Of a stretch of DNA of 64,000 nt, positions 48,522-57,843 are shown piece by piece (the first letter of the stretch is position 1; each line of letters opens with the position of its first letter). Origin of the DNA: Bdellovibrionales bacterium. GTDB taxonomy: Bacteria; Bdellovibrionota; Bdellovibrionia; Bdellovibrionales; UBA1609. Where the stretch lies: positions 1,056,001 to 1,120,000 of the forward strand of contig OZ241877.1 of the NCBI GenBank assembly GCA_965203095.1, read 5' to 3'. Both the position numbers and the translations under genes were made by a program. A model generated the notes under the pieces. That model was not told where the DNA came from, ran no database searches, and worked only from the letters and a program-made list of their open reading frames with translations.

Positions 48522-50939
48522 ATGAAAGAATATGAAAATTTATTTTGGGAGTTATTTAAAGCTAATGGAGAGCAAGAAATTAAAGTTATAGAACAAAACA
48601 ATAGCTTACTTCAAAATCCTGATAATTGGTCGCCTTATGGAGGGGATGATACCAACTTTTCAGTTTTTGATAATCAACAGCCGAATCCTGTTTCTGCATT
48701 GATAGAAAAAATAACAAATTCTATTGATTCTATTTTGCTTAAAAAGTGCAAGCTCAAAGACATTGATCCAACAACTATAAATGCTCCTCAGTCTATGAAC
48801 AAAGCTTTAGAACAATTTTTTGATATAAAAAATGGAGAATTAGGTGAAATAACATCTAAAGAGAGAACAGAACTGTCTAAAAGCATCCAACTTATCGCAA
48901 CAGGAGAAGAAAAAAAACCTGATCTCTTGATTTTTGACAACGGTGAAGGGCAACATCCAGAGAATTTTCCTAATACTTTCTTATCTATTAAAAGAGGAAA
49001 TAAAAATAGAATTTATTTTGTTCAAGGTCAGTTTAATATGGGATCAACAGGTGCTGTTGTATTTTGTGGAGATTATAAGTATCAGCTTATAGCTTCAAAA
49101 CAAAATCAAACAATATTTCAAAAAGAAAATAAATATAATAAAAATTCTACAGGATTTACCTTAGTAAGGAGGCATAAGCTCACTGAAATTGAGGAGAGAG
49201 AAAAAAGATATAAGTATAGTTGGTATGAGTATTTTTCAATCAAAGGGAAAATACCCTCATTTGATACAAATGATCTTGATATCGGTTTATGTGATAATAT
49301 AAAATTTAAAACAGGTGCAATAGTAAAGCTTTTTTCTTATAAATTGCCAAGAGGTTGTATGGGCACCATCCATGATGGTCTTTATCATGAGTTAAACCAG
49401 TCTCTTTATAAACCTGCTTTACCTTTTTTGTTAAGCGATAAAAGAGAAAAATATATCTATAAAAAAGGAATTGACAAGTTAACAGTTGCTGGCAATGATA
49501 TACGACTAAGGGATAAAAAAAATATTCTTGAGGAAGATTCATTTTATGCAAATTTTAAACATCAAGATATTGGTTCTGTGAAGATAAAAGCCATCTTGTT
49601 AAAAAAAGGCTCAGACAAAAAACAACAAGATAATAGAAAAAGACGCTTTATTGGGAAAAAATCAATTGTTTTTACTATAAATGGACAAGTTCATGCTTTT
49701 TACGGAAGCACTGAAATTAAAAACTGGGGATTCAATTATTTAAAAGATAGCCTTTTAATTCATGTTGATTGCACAAACATAAGAGTAAATTTCAGACAGG
49801 ATCTGTTTAAAGCCGATAGGTATTCTTTTAAAGAAACTCAAAAGTTAGATAAATTGATAGGTAAAATAAAAGATGCATTAAAGTCCAATTCAGGACTGAG
49901 GGAGGCAAATGAGAATAGAAAAAATCAATTATTAAAGGGAGCGGATGACACAAATTCGAACAATATAATAAAGAATATGCTTTCAAAAAACCCAGCTAAA
50001 AAAGAACTTATAAATTTACTTAAAAATTATGGAAACTTACTTGGAGGAAAAAATAATAACTCAAAAGCACAATCTAAAAGAAAAAAAGAAAAAAAACCTA
50101 TTTCATCCAAAAGATTCCCTTCAATATTTAAAATCAACTTGAAAGAAAAAAACGGAGAAAGAGTCAAGGGTATCCCGCTTGGAGGAAAGGGTATTATTGA
50201 GTTTGAAACTGATGTTCAAAATGATTACTTTCAAAGGCCAAATGAACAAGGAGAGTTGATATTGGAAATTCTGGGATATAATTCCAATTCATCAGAGCAT
50301 CCGAATCCTCAGCCAAGCCCTAATAAAGTGGAGGAACTTTTTAATACAACTATTGTAGGTCCTGATGATCATTCTATAAAGATCACTTTGGAACCAACTC
50401 AAAAATTAAATGTTGGAGATAAAATTCAATTAAATGCAAAATTATCTTCACCAGAGGGAGATATGGAAGCTATTTTTTATGTCAAAATTAAGAAAAAAGG
50501 AGAGACTAAAACAAAAAAAGCTAAAGAATCTCAAAAATTTAATCCTCCTCCGTTGATAAAAATTTCAAAAAAAGACGATAAATGGGTAAAAAATAAAGAT
50601 GAAGACTGGAATGTGGATGATTGGGACGATAGTAGCATCATACATATAATCACAGCAGAAAATAAGATAGATGCCATAGCTATTAACATGTCAGCTAATA
50701 TACTTAAAAAATATATTTCATCAAAAAAAGTTAAGGATGAAAAAACTTTGGAAGCTTTTAAGAGTAAATATATTTCTCAAATCTATTTGCATGGCTTGTT
50801 TTTATTTCATTCTATAGAAAAAAATAAAAAAGACAATGACGAGGATAGTGAGAGTCATGTATCCAAAATTTTTAAAAGCTATGGAGAGGCTTTGCTTTAT
50901 TTGGATCTCAACGAAGAGTTATTAAAATTTATTGAATAA
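48522..50939 (+). CDS. MORC-like GHKL ATPase
   Basis: ALIEKITNSID (N box), IFDNGEG (G1), KRGNK...QGQFNMGSTG (G2), TGAIVKL; RBS GGAGG. Confidence 0.75.
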   Translation: MKEYENLFWELFKANGEQEIKVIEQNNSLLQNPDNWSPYGGDDTNFSVFDNQQPNPVSALIEKITNSIDSILLKKCKLKDIDPTTINAPQSMNKALEQFFDIKNGELGEITSKERTELSKSIQLIATGEEKKPDLLIFDNGEGQHPENFPNTFLSIKRGNKNRIYFVQGQFNMGSTGAVVFCGDYKYQLIASKQNQTIFQKENKYNKNSTGFTLVRRHKLTEIEEREKRYKYSWYEYFSIKGKIPSFDTNDLDIGLCDNIKFKTGAIVKLFSYKLPRGCMGTIHDGLYHELNQSLYKPALPFLLSDKREKYIYKKGIDKLTVAGNDIRLRDKKNILEEDSFYANFKHQDIGSVKIKAILLKKGSDKKQQDNRKRRFIGKKSIVFTINGQVHAFYGSTEIKNWGFNYLKDSLLIHVDCTNIRVNFRQDLFKADRYSFKETQKLDKLIGKIKDALKSNSGLREANENRKNQLLKGADDTNSNNIIKNMLSKNPAKKELINLLKNYGNLLGGKNNNSKAQSKRKKEKKPISSKRFPSIFKINLKEKNGERVKGIPLGGKGIIEFETDVQNDYFQRPNEQGELILEILGYNSNSSEHPNPQPSPNKVEELFNTTIVGPDDHSIKITLEPTQKLNVGDKIQLNAKLSSPEGDMEAIFYVKIKKKGETKTKKAKESQKFNPPPLIKISKKDDKWVKNKDEDWNVDDWDDSSIIHIITAENKIDAIAINMSANILKKYISSKKVKDEKTLEAFKSKYISQIYLHGLFLFHSIEKNKKDNDEDSESHVSKIFKSYGEALLYLDLNEELLKFIE

Positions 50940-51092
50940 GGACAAAAATGCTTAAAATTGGATCTTTATTTTTATATCAGAGAGAGGCTTAACGAGGGAA
51001 GAGTTTGTCTAAATTGGTTGCTAAAACATTGTTGTTAGAGAGAAGATTTGAGGATTTTATTTTTAATTTAAAATAAATATAAGGGAAGTATA

Positions 51093-52082
51093 ATGACTTT
51101 GTTGCAAGAATATTATAAATTAAAAAACAGCTCTAAAGCTCAATACGAGAAATTGTTGAAAAAGCTTTCTAATCAAACAACAAGCCGTGAATTTTTTACT
51201 TTAAATAATGGCATATTTGATTCAAAAAGAAAAAAGTTGCATAATGATATTATTGAAAAATATCTTAAAAAATATCCCTCTCAACATAAACCTTATATTC
51301 ATTTGATATTGGGTTCTATCGGCTCAGGAAAAACATCTCTTAAAGATTCTGTGATTAAGAAAAAAGAAATTCAATCTTTTCTCTACATTAACTTTGACGA
51401 ATTAAAAAACCAACTTCCAGAATATGAAATATTAAAAAAACTCAACCCTAAAAAATCTGCCCAATTTGTGCAATCCGAATCCGCTAAATTAGCTGGAACT
51501 TTATACAAAAAAGCCATTCAAAAAAAACTGAATATCATTTATGAAAAAAATATAAGATTAAATAAAGAAGGTGGCTTACATCTAATTTTTGAAATGAAAA
51601 CTGCATTTCAAAAAAATTACAATGTCTTCGTTCATGTTGTGTTTTTAAACAGTTATCAGGAAGCTTGGAGGAGAGTTCAGTTGAGATACGATAAAATAAA
51701 AAGATATGTTCCACAACAATATGTCAAAGATACATTTGAAGATCTATTTCCTAATCTAAACAAGTTATTAAAAGAAAATTTTAAGAAAAAATACTTGGTT
51801 AAATTCTGGTATAATGGAGAATGGGAGAAGAGTTTTAGCAAACTCAAGGAAGCTCATACAGTTGGAGTTATTTCTTTCCAAAATAAGAAAAACTTAAAGT
51901 ATCAGCCAAAGGATGATTTCATCTTAACATTTAATGGAATAGAAGGCTATGATTTTTATTATCAAGGATTTTTTCTAACAAAAATAAGATTTCTTCCAAA
52001 GTCTGCAAAAAACTCTTTAATGAAACTAAAACGGTTAAAAAATGCACTGAATCTTTTAGATTATCATCACCATCGGACTTGA
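51093..52082 (+). CDS. Zeta toxin family P-loop kinase
   Basis: LGSIGSGKTS, YINFDELKNQLPEY, VQSESA, AWRRVQLR...RYVP. Confidence 0.78.
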   Translation: MTLLQEYYKLKNSSKAQYEKLLKKLSNQTTSREFFTLNNGIFDSKRKKLHNDIIEKYLKKYPSQHKPYIHLILGSIGSGKTSLKDSVIKKKEIQSFLYINFDELKNQLPEYEILKKLNPKKSAQFVQSESAKLAGTLYKKAIQKKLNIIYEKNIRLNKEGGLHLIFEMKTAFQKNYNVFVHVVFLNSYQEAWRRVQLRYDKIKRYVPQQYVKDTFEDLFPNLNKLLKENFKKKYLVKFWYNGEWEKSFSKLKEAHTVGVISFQNKKNLKYQPKDDFILTFNGIEGYDFYYQGFFLTKIRFLPKSAKNSLMKLKRLKNALNLLDYHHHRT

Positions 52083-52144
52083 ATGACGCATAGTGTTAAT
52101 ATAGGATGAGATAAAAATGTTTATAATTAAAAAAAGGAGGAAAG

Positions 52145-52318
52145 ATGAAAAAGAAATATTCAGATAAAGAGATTAAAAAAGCTTTTTCTAAAACGGCCAC
52201 AAAACAAGCTATAAAAATGTGTAAAGAGATGATCGAAGATCCTCAAGCCAGGAAGCAGATTATTACTTTTATTAAAGCTGTAGACGGCAAAAAAATTAGA
52301 AACAAATCAGGAGTTTAA
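52145..52318 (+). CDS. Small helical protein (57 aa), candidate antitoxin; not in the ORF track
   Basis: RBS AAGGAGG 52134-52140, ATG 52145, MKKKYSDKEIKKAFSK...SGV*. Confidence 0.65.
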   Translation: MKKKYSDKEIKKAFSKTATKQAIKMCKEMIEDPQARKQIITFIKAVDGKKIRNKSGV

Positions 52319-52497
52319 AAGCTTGTTTTTTTTAAATCTCACTGTGGTTTTTTCCTCTACTAAGGTTTTTTGAGCCTTACATGAACCTCAATATAAATAA
52401 ATCCTTCTTTTTAACAACTAAGCTAATTTATTCAACTTCCTTTTTAAGTGACCAATCTATTTTATCATGAATCAAAATAATTTTAGATGTCCATTTT

Positions 52498-53415
52498 TTA
52501 GGTGCTAATCCACTTTTCGCTATCATTTTGAAACAATGAAGGTTGTAAACTTGATATTCTTTTATTAGCTATTTTTATATAATTTTTATTTATCTCATAA
52601 CCTATAAATCGCCTATTGTTTTTTAATCCAACAACAGCTGTAGTGCCACTCCCCATAAAAGGATCTAAAACAATATCATTTTCAAAAGAATAAAGTTGCA
52701 TAAGACGAAAGGGCAACTCCTCAGGAAATGGGGCTGGATGACCTATTCTTTTAGCAGATTCTGTGTTCATATTCCAAATAGATTTTGTCCATTCAACAAA
52801 CTGTTCTTTTTGAATTGTGATTTTTTTGTCCTGTTTTTCTCTTTTATAAGTTCCTTTTGAAAAAATCAAAATATATTCATGCACATCTCTTAAAGTGGGA
52901 TTAGAAGGGGAACACCAGCTCCCCCATGCTGTAGAAGTCCCTGATCCAGCAGACTTATTCCAAATAATTTCTCCTCTCATTAAAAAACCTATATCTATCA
53001 TCATTTTAGAAATACAATCAGAAAGAGGGATATAAGGTTTCCGGCCTATATTTGCTATATTGATACAAGCTCTTCCTCCATTGACTAAAACTCTATATGT
53101 TTCTGAAAAGACTTTATTAAGAAAATTAAGATACTCTTCTAAAGATAAATCTTCATCATAATCTTTTGAAACATTATAAGGAGGAGAAGTTATCATTAAA
53201 TGGATGGTTTTATCCGGCAATTCCGACATCTTTGTTGAGGATTTTAAGAAGATTCGATTAACAGCAGATTCTGGAATTGAGCCTTCTATTTTGCTTTGTG
53301 TATCTTCTTTAAAATCTAAATTTTTATACAACTTTGATTCATAAAACAAAGAAGAATCATGCCCTTGTCTTCCTGAGCTTCCAAAAGATTGAGTTCCTGT
53401 TTTGCCTTTTTTCAT
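52498..53415 (-). CDS. Site-specific DNA methyltransferase (beta class, probably N4-cytosine)
   Basis: ITSPPYN, HPAPFP, VLDPFMGSGTT. Confidence 0.92.
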   Translation of the reverse strand: MKKGKTGTQSFGSSGRQGHDSSLFYESKLYKNLDFKEDTQSKIEGSIPESAVNRIFLKSSTKMSELPDKTIHLMITSPPYNVSKDYDEDLSLEEYLNFLNKVFSETYRVLVNGGRACINIANIGRKPYIPLSDCISKMMIDIGFLMRGEIIWNKSAGSGTSTAWGSWCSPSNPTLRDVHEYILIFSKGTYKREKQDKKITIQKEQFVEWTKSIWNMNTESAKRIGHPAPFPEELPFRLMQLYSFENDIVLDPFMGSGTTAVVGLKNNRRFIGYEINKNYIKIANKRISSLQPSLFQNDSEKWIST

Positions 53416-54299
53416 AAAGTCTCTTCAATTAACTGTAAAAACTTTTCTGCTTTTCCTTCTATATTTTTTTCTCTATTTGATTTAGATATAATTTGTCCTA
53501 ATTTTCCCTTCATAACCATTGCAGAAAAATAGATCTTATGGGAATGAATTAAATTTCCTAAAAATTTTTCTAAGTCTTCTTTATTTTCAATAGTTTGAAA
53601 ACCTTTTTTTGGAGTATTTTTAATTACCTCAGTTTTTGAAGGCACTGAAGGATTAAGTGACAAAAAGCCTTGTATAATCCCTAAGCTCTTTAAAGAATCC
53701 ACTTTCTTTTCATAGTGTTTTGTGATAGGTGAATTTCCTAAAACAACCAATGGAATGTTTCTTGCACCTGGGTTGGCTACTCTTATGCTGATTAACTTTC
53801 CTATAGCCTTCAACATGGAATCAGACCTTAATAAAGAGGGATTTCCTTTATGAGTTGTATAATCTCCTATCCATTTAACAATTTTCTCAGTTTTATCAAA
53901 TTCATAGTTTGAAAGTATACTCATTTTTATTTCGAAAATTACTTTTATATCTTGACATTTCTGTTGTTGCTTATCACTTCTACAAAAAGCAATATCCGCA
54001 CTTGATTTCTTGGATAATCCAGCTTCCGGACATATTACATTATTTACAGCATATAAATCAAACTTACGGGCTATTGAAGAAAGCAACTGCTGACACCATT
54101 TTTCTGTAAATTGTCCAATAAGTGAATTTCTGCTTTGTAGTGTATGCCCTGGTGATTTTATATTTTTTGGAATGTAGGCTAAGTATTTATTATCTATCCA
54201 ATAAAATAGTTTTTTTTCAGAAAAATCCTTTCCCTTTCCTAAAAAATGTTGAAAAAATTGTTTTTCAACCATATTATTCCAAAGTTTTGTTGTTTGCAT
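53412..54299 (-). CDS. Putative type II restriction endonuclease (PD-(D/E)xK)
   Basis: GQFTEKW, ADIAF...FEIK; coupled (ATGA overlap) to the MTase. Confidence 0.7.
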   Translation of the reverse strand: MQTTKLWNNMVEKQFFQHFLGKGKDFSEKKLFYWIDNKYLAYIPKNIKSPGHTLQSRNSLIGQFTEKWCQQLLSSIARKFDLYAVNNVICPEAGLSKKSSADIAFCRSDKQQQKCQDIKVIFEIKMSILSNYEFDKTEKIVKWIGDYTTHKGNPSLLRSDSMLKAIGKLISIRVANPGARNIPLVVLGNSPITKHYEKKVDSLKSLGIIQGFLSLNPSVPSKTEVIKNTPKKGFQTIENKEDLEKFLGNLIHSHKIYFSAMVMKGKLGQIISKSNREKNIEGKAEKFLQLIEETL

Positions 54300-54523
54300 T
54301 TCTTAGGTATCTTTACATTAAAAGAGGTCCAATTATAACATCTATCTAAAAAATCTTTATATTTGCATAACGCAGGATATAAAAAACAAGGTTCATGACA
54401 CTTTAAGTTCTATTTTGATAAGGCTTAATTATTTGTTTCTATTAAAGTAATATTCTTCATTTCTTTTTAGCTCTTTGTTTTAAAAAGGTTTTTTTGAGAT
54501 GGAACTAAGGGAGTTTTTATAAC

Positions 54524-55156
54524 TTACTTGATTTGTCCGTTGTGTAAATGAAATTTTTTGTTGGCTAAATCCTTAACATCTTCTTGGTTGTGGGAGACCA
54601 AAAGAAGGGGTAGAGAGTATTTTTGTGAAACATTTTTTACCCACTTTCGAGCCTTTTCACGAGCCAATGGATCTAAATAGGAAAAAGGCTCATCTAAAAA
54701 TAAAAATCGAGGCCGGAGGATTAAAGCTCTGGCCAAAGCCGTTCTTTGTTTCTCCCCTCCAGATAATTTATCTATGGAAAGATCCAAAGCCTTTTCCAAG
54801 CCTAAAAAATTTATCATTTCTTCAAAATCTTTTTTTCTTTCTTTTAAAGAGATCCTTTTGGCTCTTAAGGCAAACAAAATGTTTTGCCGAGCTGTCCAAT
54901 GAGGGAACAACCTCAAATCTTGAAAGCACATTCCTAAACCTCTTTCCGGTGGAGGAAGAGAGGCCAAATTTTGCCCTTGAAATTCCCAAATCAAAGAGGG
55001 GCAGTCCACCAAGCCACAAAGTATTTTTAAAATTGTGGTTTTACCACTTCCGGAAGCTCCTGTAAGGCTGTTTATTCCCTTATCTGAAAGAGGCCACTCC
55101 GGAATGCGGAGTTGAAAGCCCCCAACCTTATAAAATAGATTTTTTACCAAAACCAA
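54524..55156 (-). CDS. thiQ: ABC ATPase, ThiQ-like
   Basis: GASGSGKT, FQDLRLFPH, LSGGEKQR, LDEPFS. Confidence 0.7.
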   Translation of the reverse strand: MVLVKNLFYKVGGFQLRIPEWPLSDKGINSLTGASGSGKTTILKILCGLVDCPSLIWEFQGQNLASLPPPERGLGMCFQDLRLFPHWTARQNILFALRAKRISLKERKKDFEEMINFLGLEKALDLSIDKLSGGEKQRTALARALILRPRFLFLDEPFSYLDPLAREKARKWVKNVSQKYSLPLLLVSHNQEDVKDLANKKFHLHNGQIK

Positions 55157-56654
55157 TCCCCTCTTTTAATATAAAAGAAAAAGGCTTTCTGTCAAAAACA
55201 AAAGCCAAACTTGTCCAAAATAGAAAAACAAAAAAACTCAAAAATAACAAAAGCCAGCTAAGCAAAACAGCTAAATCTAAACGATAAGAGGAAAAAAAAT
55301 CATAAACTATTAAAGACAAACTCAAATGCCCGTTAGAAACAATTAAGCTATAAGCAAAATCCCCACAAGCCCAAAAGCTAACTATACCAGCACACAAAAA
55401 AAACATAGATCGGCTTTGAGGCCATATAATGGCTTGAAAAATAAGCCCCCAACTGGCTCCAAGGAATCTGGCGGTCTCCACTTGTTGAGAGAGTTTATCT
55501 AAAGTTTGCTCCCCTCGAAAGCGATAGATCCAAGGAAAGATCAATAGGCTTAAGCCTAAAATCCATTTTATAAGGATGGCTCTCTCCCCATAAAAAGGAA
55601 CAATAAGCAAAGCAAAACCCATAAAAGCCGATCCCGGCGGAGTGTAAGAGGCAATAAATTTTCTCGCCTTAACATTTTGAAAGGACAAAGAAATTAAAAT
55701 TAACAGTAAGAAAGCAATCCCGCCCGCTCCCAAACTGAGGATTAAAGAGTTCTGGATAGAAGACAAAATAAGAGGAATTAAAGGGAGTAGTTTTAAAAAA
55801 GCCTTTCCATCGGATATAAAAAACAAGCCTGCTAAGGAAAGAACCAAACCTGCTAATGGAATAGCTACAAACAAGGGCTGAGGGATCAGGTAAAGTTTTT
55901 GACCAGCCTGTCCCGTTCTTAAAGGGGCACTTTTAGAAAAAACCTTCCAACAGATCAAAAAAATTAAAGTGCTTTGAAACAAAATCAAACTGAGGGCTTT
56001 GGGCCAGTTTTCAGGATCTTTTAAATGCTCGTAAATAAAAAACTCTAAACTGAAAAGGGGAGAACCGGCAACTAAGAGAGGCAAACTTAAGCTGGAAAAA
56101 CTGCCTGCAAAAACTAAAACAAAAAGGCTTTTTATGTCTTTTCTTAAGACTGTTCCTGAAAGAGCTTTTAAAAAAAACCATGGAGAAAGATCCTGCAAAT
56201 AAGCCCACTCACTGAGGTCTTTGGCCTCTTTTAACAAAATGCGAGAAAGGGGGACAGCACAAAGCCCTGTGTAAGTTAAAGTTTGAGCAAAAATAAGAGA
56301 GGCTAAACCAAAGGGGAAAGGCATGAACTTTTCTACAAGATGAGTTAAAGACAAAACCATTAATAAGGGAGGAATAAATGCCGGCAAAAGGATTAGCCCC
56401 TCAAGTAAAAAAAATATTTTTTTTTGTGAGAGAGCAGTAAGCCCTCGGCTACATAAAATAGCTAAAATCAAACTTAAAGTTGTTGAAACTCCGGCCTGAA
56501 AAGCTGTCCATCCTAATACAATGGCCAGCGGGCCAAACTCCGGCCAAGCTAAAGAGCCCAGCCGAAAAGAAAAAATCAAAAAAGGGGAAAGCAGTAAAAC
56601 ACAAACAATATTACCCGGTAGAGAAACAAAATTTGATTTTAACCTGGAAGTCAT
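55128..56654 (-). CDS. thiP: Fused double ABC permease, ThiP-like
   Basis: Two permease halves; TAFQAGVST, ETARFLGAS, GDFA. Confidence 0.7.
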   Translation of the reverse strand: MTSRLKSNFVSLPGNIVCVLLLSPFLIFSFRLGSLAWPEFGPLAIVLGWTAFQAGVSTTLSLILAILCSRGLTALSQKKIFFLLEGLILLPAFIPPLLMVLSLTHLVEKFMPFPFGLASLIFAQTLTYTGLCAVPLSRILLKEAKDLSEWAYLQDLSPWFFLKALSGTVLRKDIKSLFVLVFAGSFSSLSLPLLVAGSPLFSLEFFIYEHLKDPENWPKALSLILFQSTLIFLICWKVFSKSAPLRTGQAGQKLYLIPQPLFVAIPLAGLVLSLAGLFFISDGKAFLKLLPLIPLILSSIQNSLILSLGAGGIAFLLLILISLSFQNVKARKFIASYTPPGSAFMGFALLIVPFYGERAILIKWILGLSLLIFPWIYRFRGEQTLDKLSQQVETARFLGASWGLIFQAIIWPQSRSMFFLCAGIVSFWACGDFAYSLIVSNGHLSLSLIVYDFFSSYRLDLAVLLSWLLLFLSFFVFLFWTSLAFVFDRKPFSFILKEGIGFGKKSIL

Positions 56655-56716
56655 CTTCTGATTTTATGCTTATCGATCAAAGGCTTTTTATCAAAAAAGA
56701 AGGAAAAACTGAGAAC

Positions 56717-57721
56717 TTATTTACTTGAAAAAACCTGTTGGCAAGTTTTTCCTATTCTTTTTCTTAATGCCCATAATGGCCGACTTTTCTCATATTCACT
56801 TTTTGCGGAAACAAGAATTTGAACCAACTCTTTGTTATTGTTATCAGCCATATCTAAAGGCGTTTTTCCCTCTATGTCCTTGATAGTAAGTAAAGCCCCC
56901 TCAGCCAATAAAATTTGAACTATCTCCAAGTGATTGTTTTGGACAGCTACATGAAGAGGAGTTTGTTTGGATTCGTTTTTAGAATTAGGATCAGCCCCAT
57001 ATTCCAGCAGGGCCTGAACAATATTTGGACTACCTTGCTTAACAGCTATATGAAGAGGCAAATCCCCAAACTTATTTTTATCTCTGATATTGGGGTCAGC
57101 CCTTTCAGCTAATAGAATTTCAACCATTTGCAAATTATCGTTTTCAATAGCTGAAATGAGAGGAGTTTGCCTATATGTATTTCTGAGACTAAAACCGGCA
57201 CCATTAATTAATAGAAGCTGAGCCATCCGTATATTATTGTCTTTAACAGCTATATAAAGAGGAGTGTGTTTAAATTGATCTTGGACATTAGTATTAGCTT
57301 CTACATCTGTCAGGTTTTTCACCATTATCAAGTTATTGTTTCTAACAGCCATGTGAAGAGGGGTCCGTTTATATTGATCCCTTACATTGACATTAGCCCC
57401 TTTAGCCATCAGGACCTGTGCTATATCTAAGTGATTTTTTTTAACAGCTACATGAAGAGGGGTTCGTTTATATTGGTCTCTTGCATTGATATTAGCCCCT
57501 TTAGCTATTAGGACCTGTGCTATTTCTAAACGATTGTCTCTAACAGCTATATGGAGGGGAGTTTGTTTGGATGAGTTTCGCATATTGAGGGATACTCTCT
57601 GAACCAAAAGAGAGAGAACTTGCTGTAAATTATTATCTTCAACAGCTTTATGGAGAGGGAGATCTTCTTTGGAAAAGCCAAAATGCGGAAATAATAATAA
57701 AAAGATAAGCCAGTATTTCAT
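56717..57721 (-). CDS. Secreted ankyrin-repeat protein (about 8-9 repeats)
   Basis: Signal peptide; repeated TPLHxAV...LxxxGA. Confidence 0.95.
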   Translation of the reverse strand: MKYWLIFLLLFPHFGFSKEDLPLHKAVEDNNLQQVLSLLVQRVSLNMRNSSKQTPLHIAVRDNRLEIAQVLIAKGANINARDQYKRTPLHVAVKKNHLDIAQVLMAKGANVNVRDQYKRTPLHMAVRNNNLIMVKNLTDVEANTNVQDQFKHTPLYIAVKDNNIRMAQLLLINGAGFSLRNTYRQTPLISAIENDNLQMVEILLAERADPNIRDKNKFGDLPLHIAVKQGSPNIVQALLEYGADPNSKNESKQTPLHVAVQNNHLEIVQILLAEGALLTIKDIEGKTPLDMADNNNKELVQILVSAKSEYEKSRPLWALRKRIGKTCQQVFSSK

Positions 57722-57843
57722 AATTCCTCACAGCTTGTTGAGCTTTTACAAACCTGTTTTATAAAATAGGTTTTTATTGTTTTTCAAGTAAAAATGAAAA
57801 AAAACTAATATTTTTAGCTTTTTTTGAGATCTTTGCATGTTTT

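Noticed and set aside
52325..52495. HNH nuclease remnant (EGFIYIEVH on the minus strand)
   Set aside because: Too short and interrupted by stops to support
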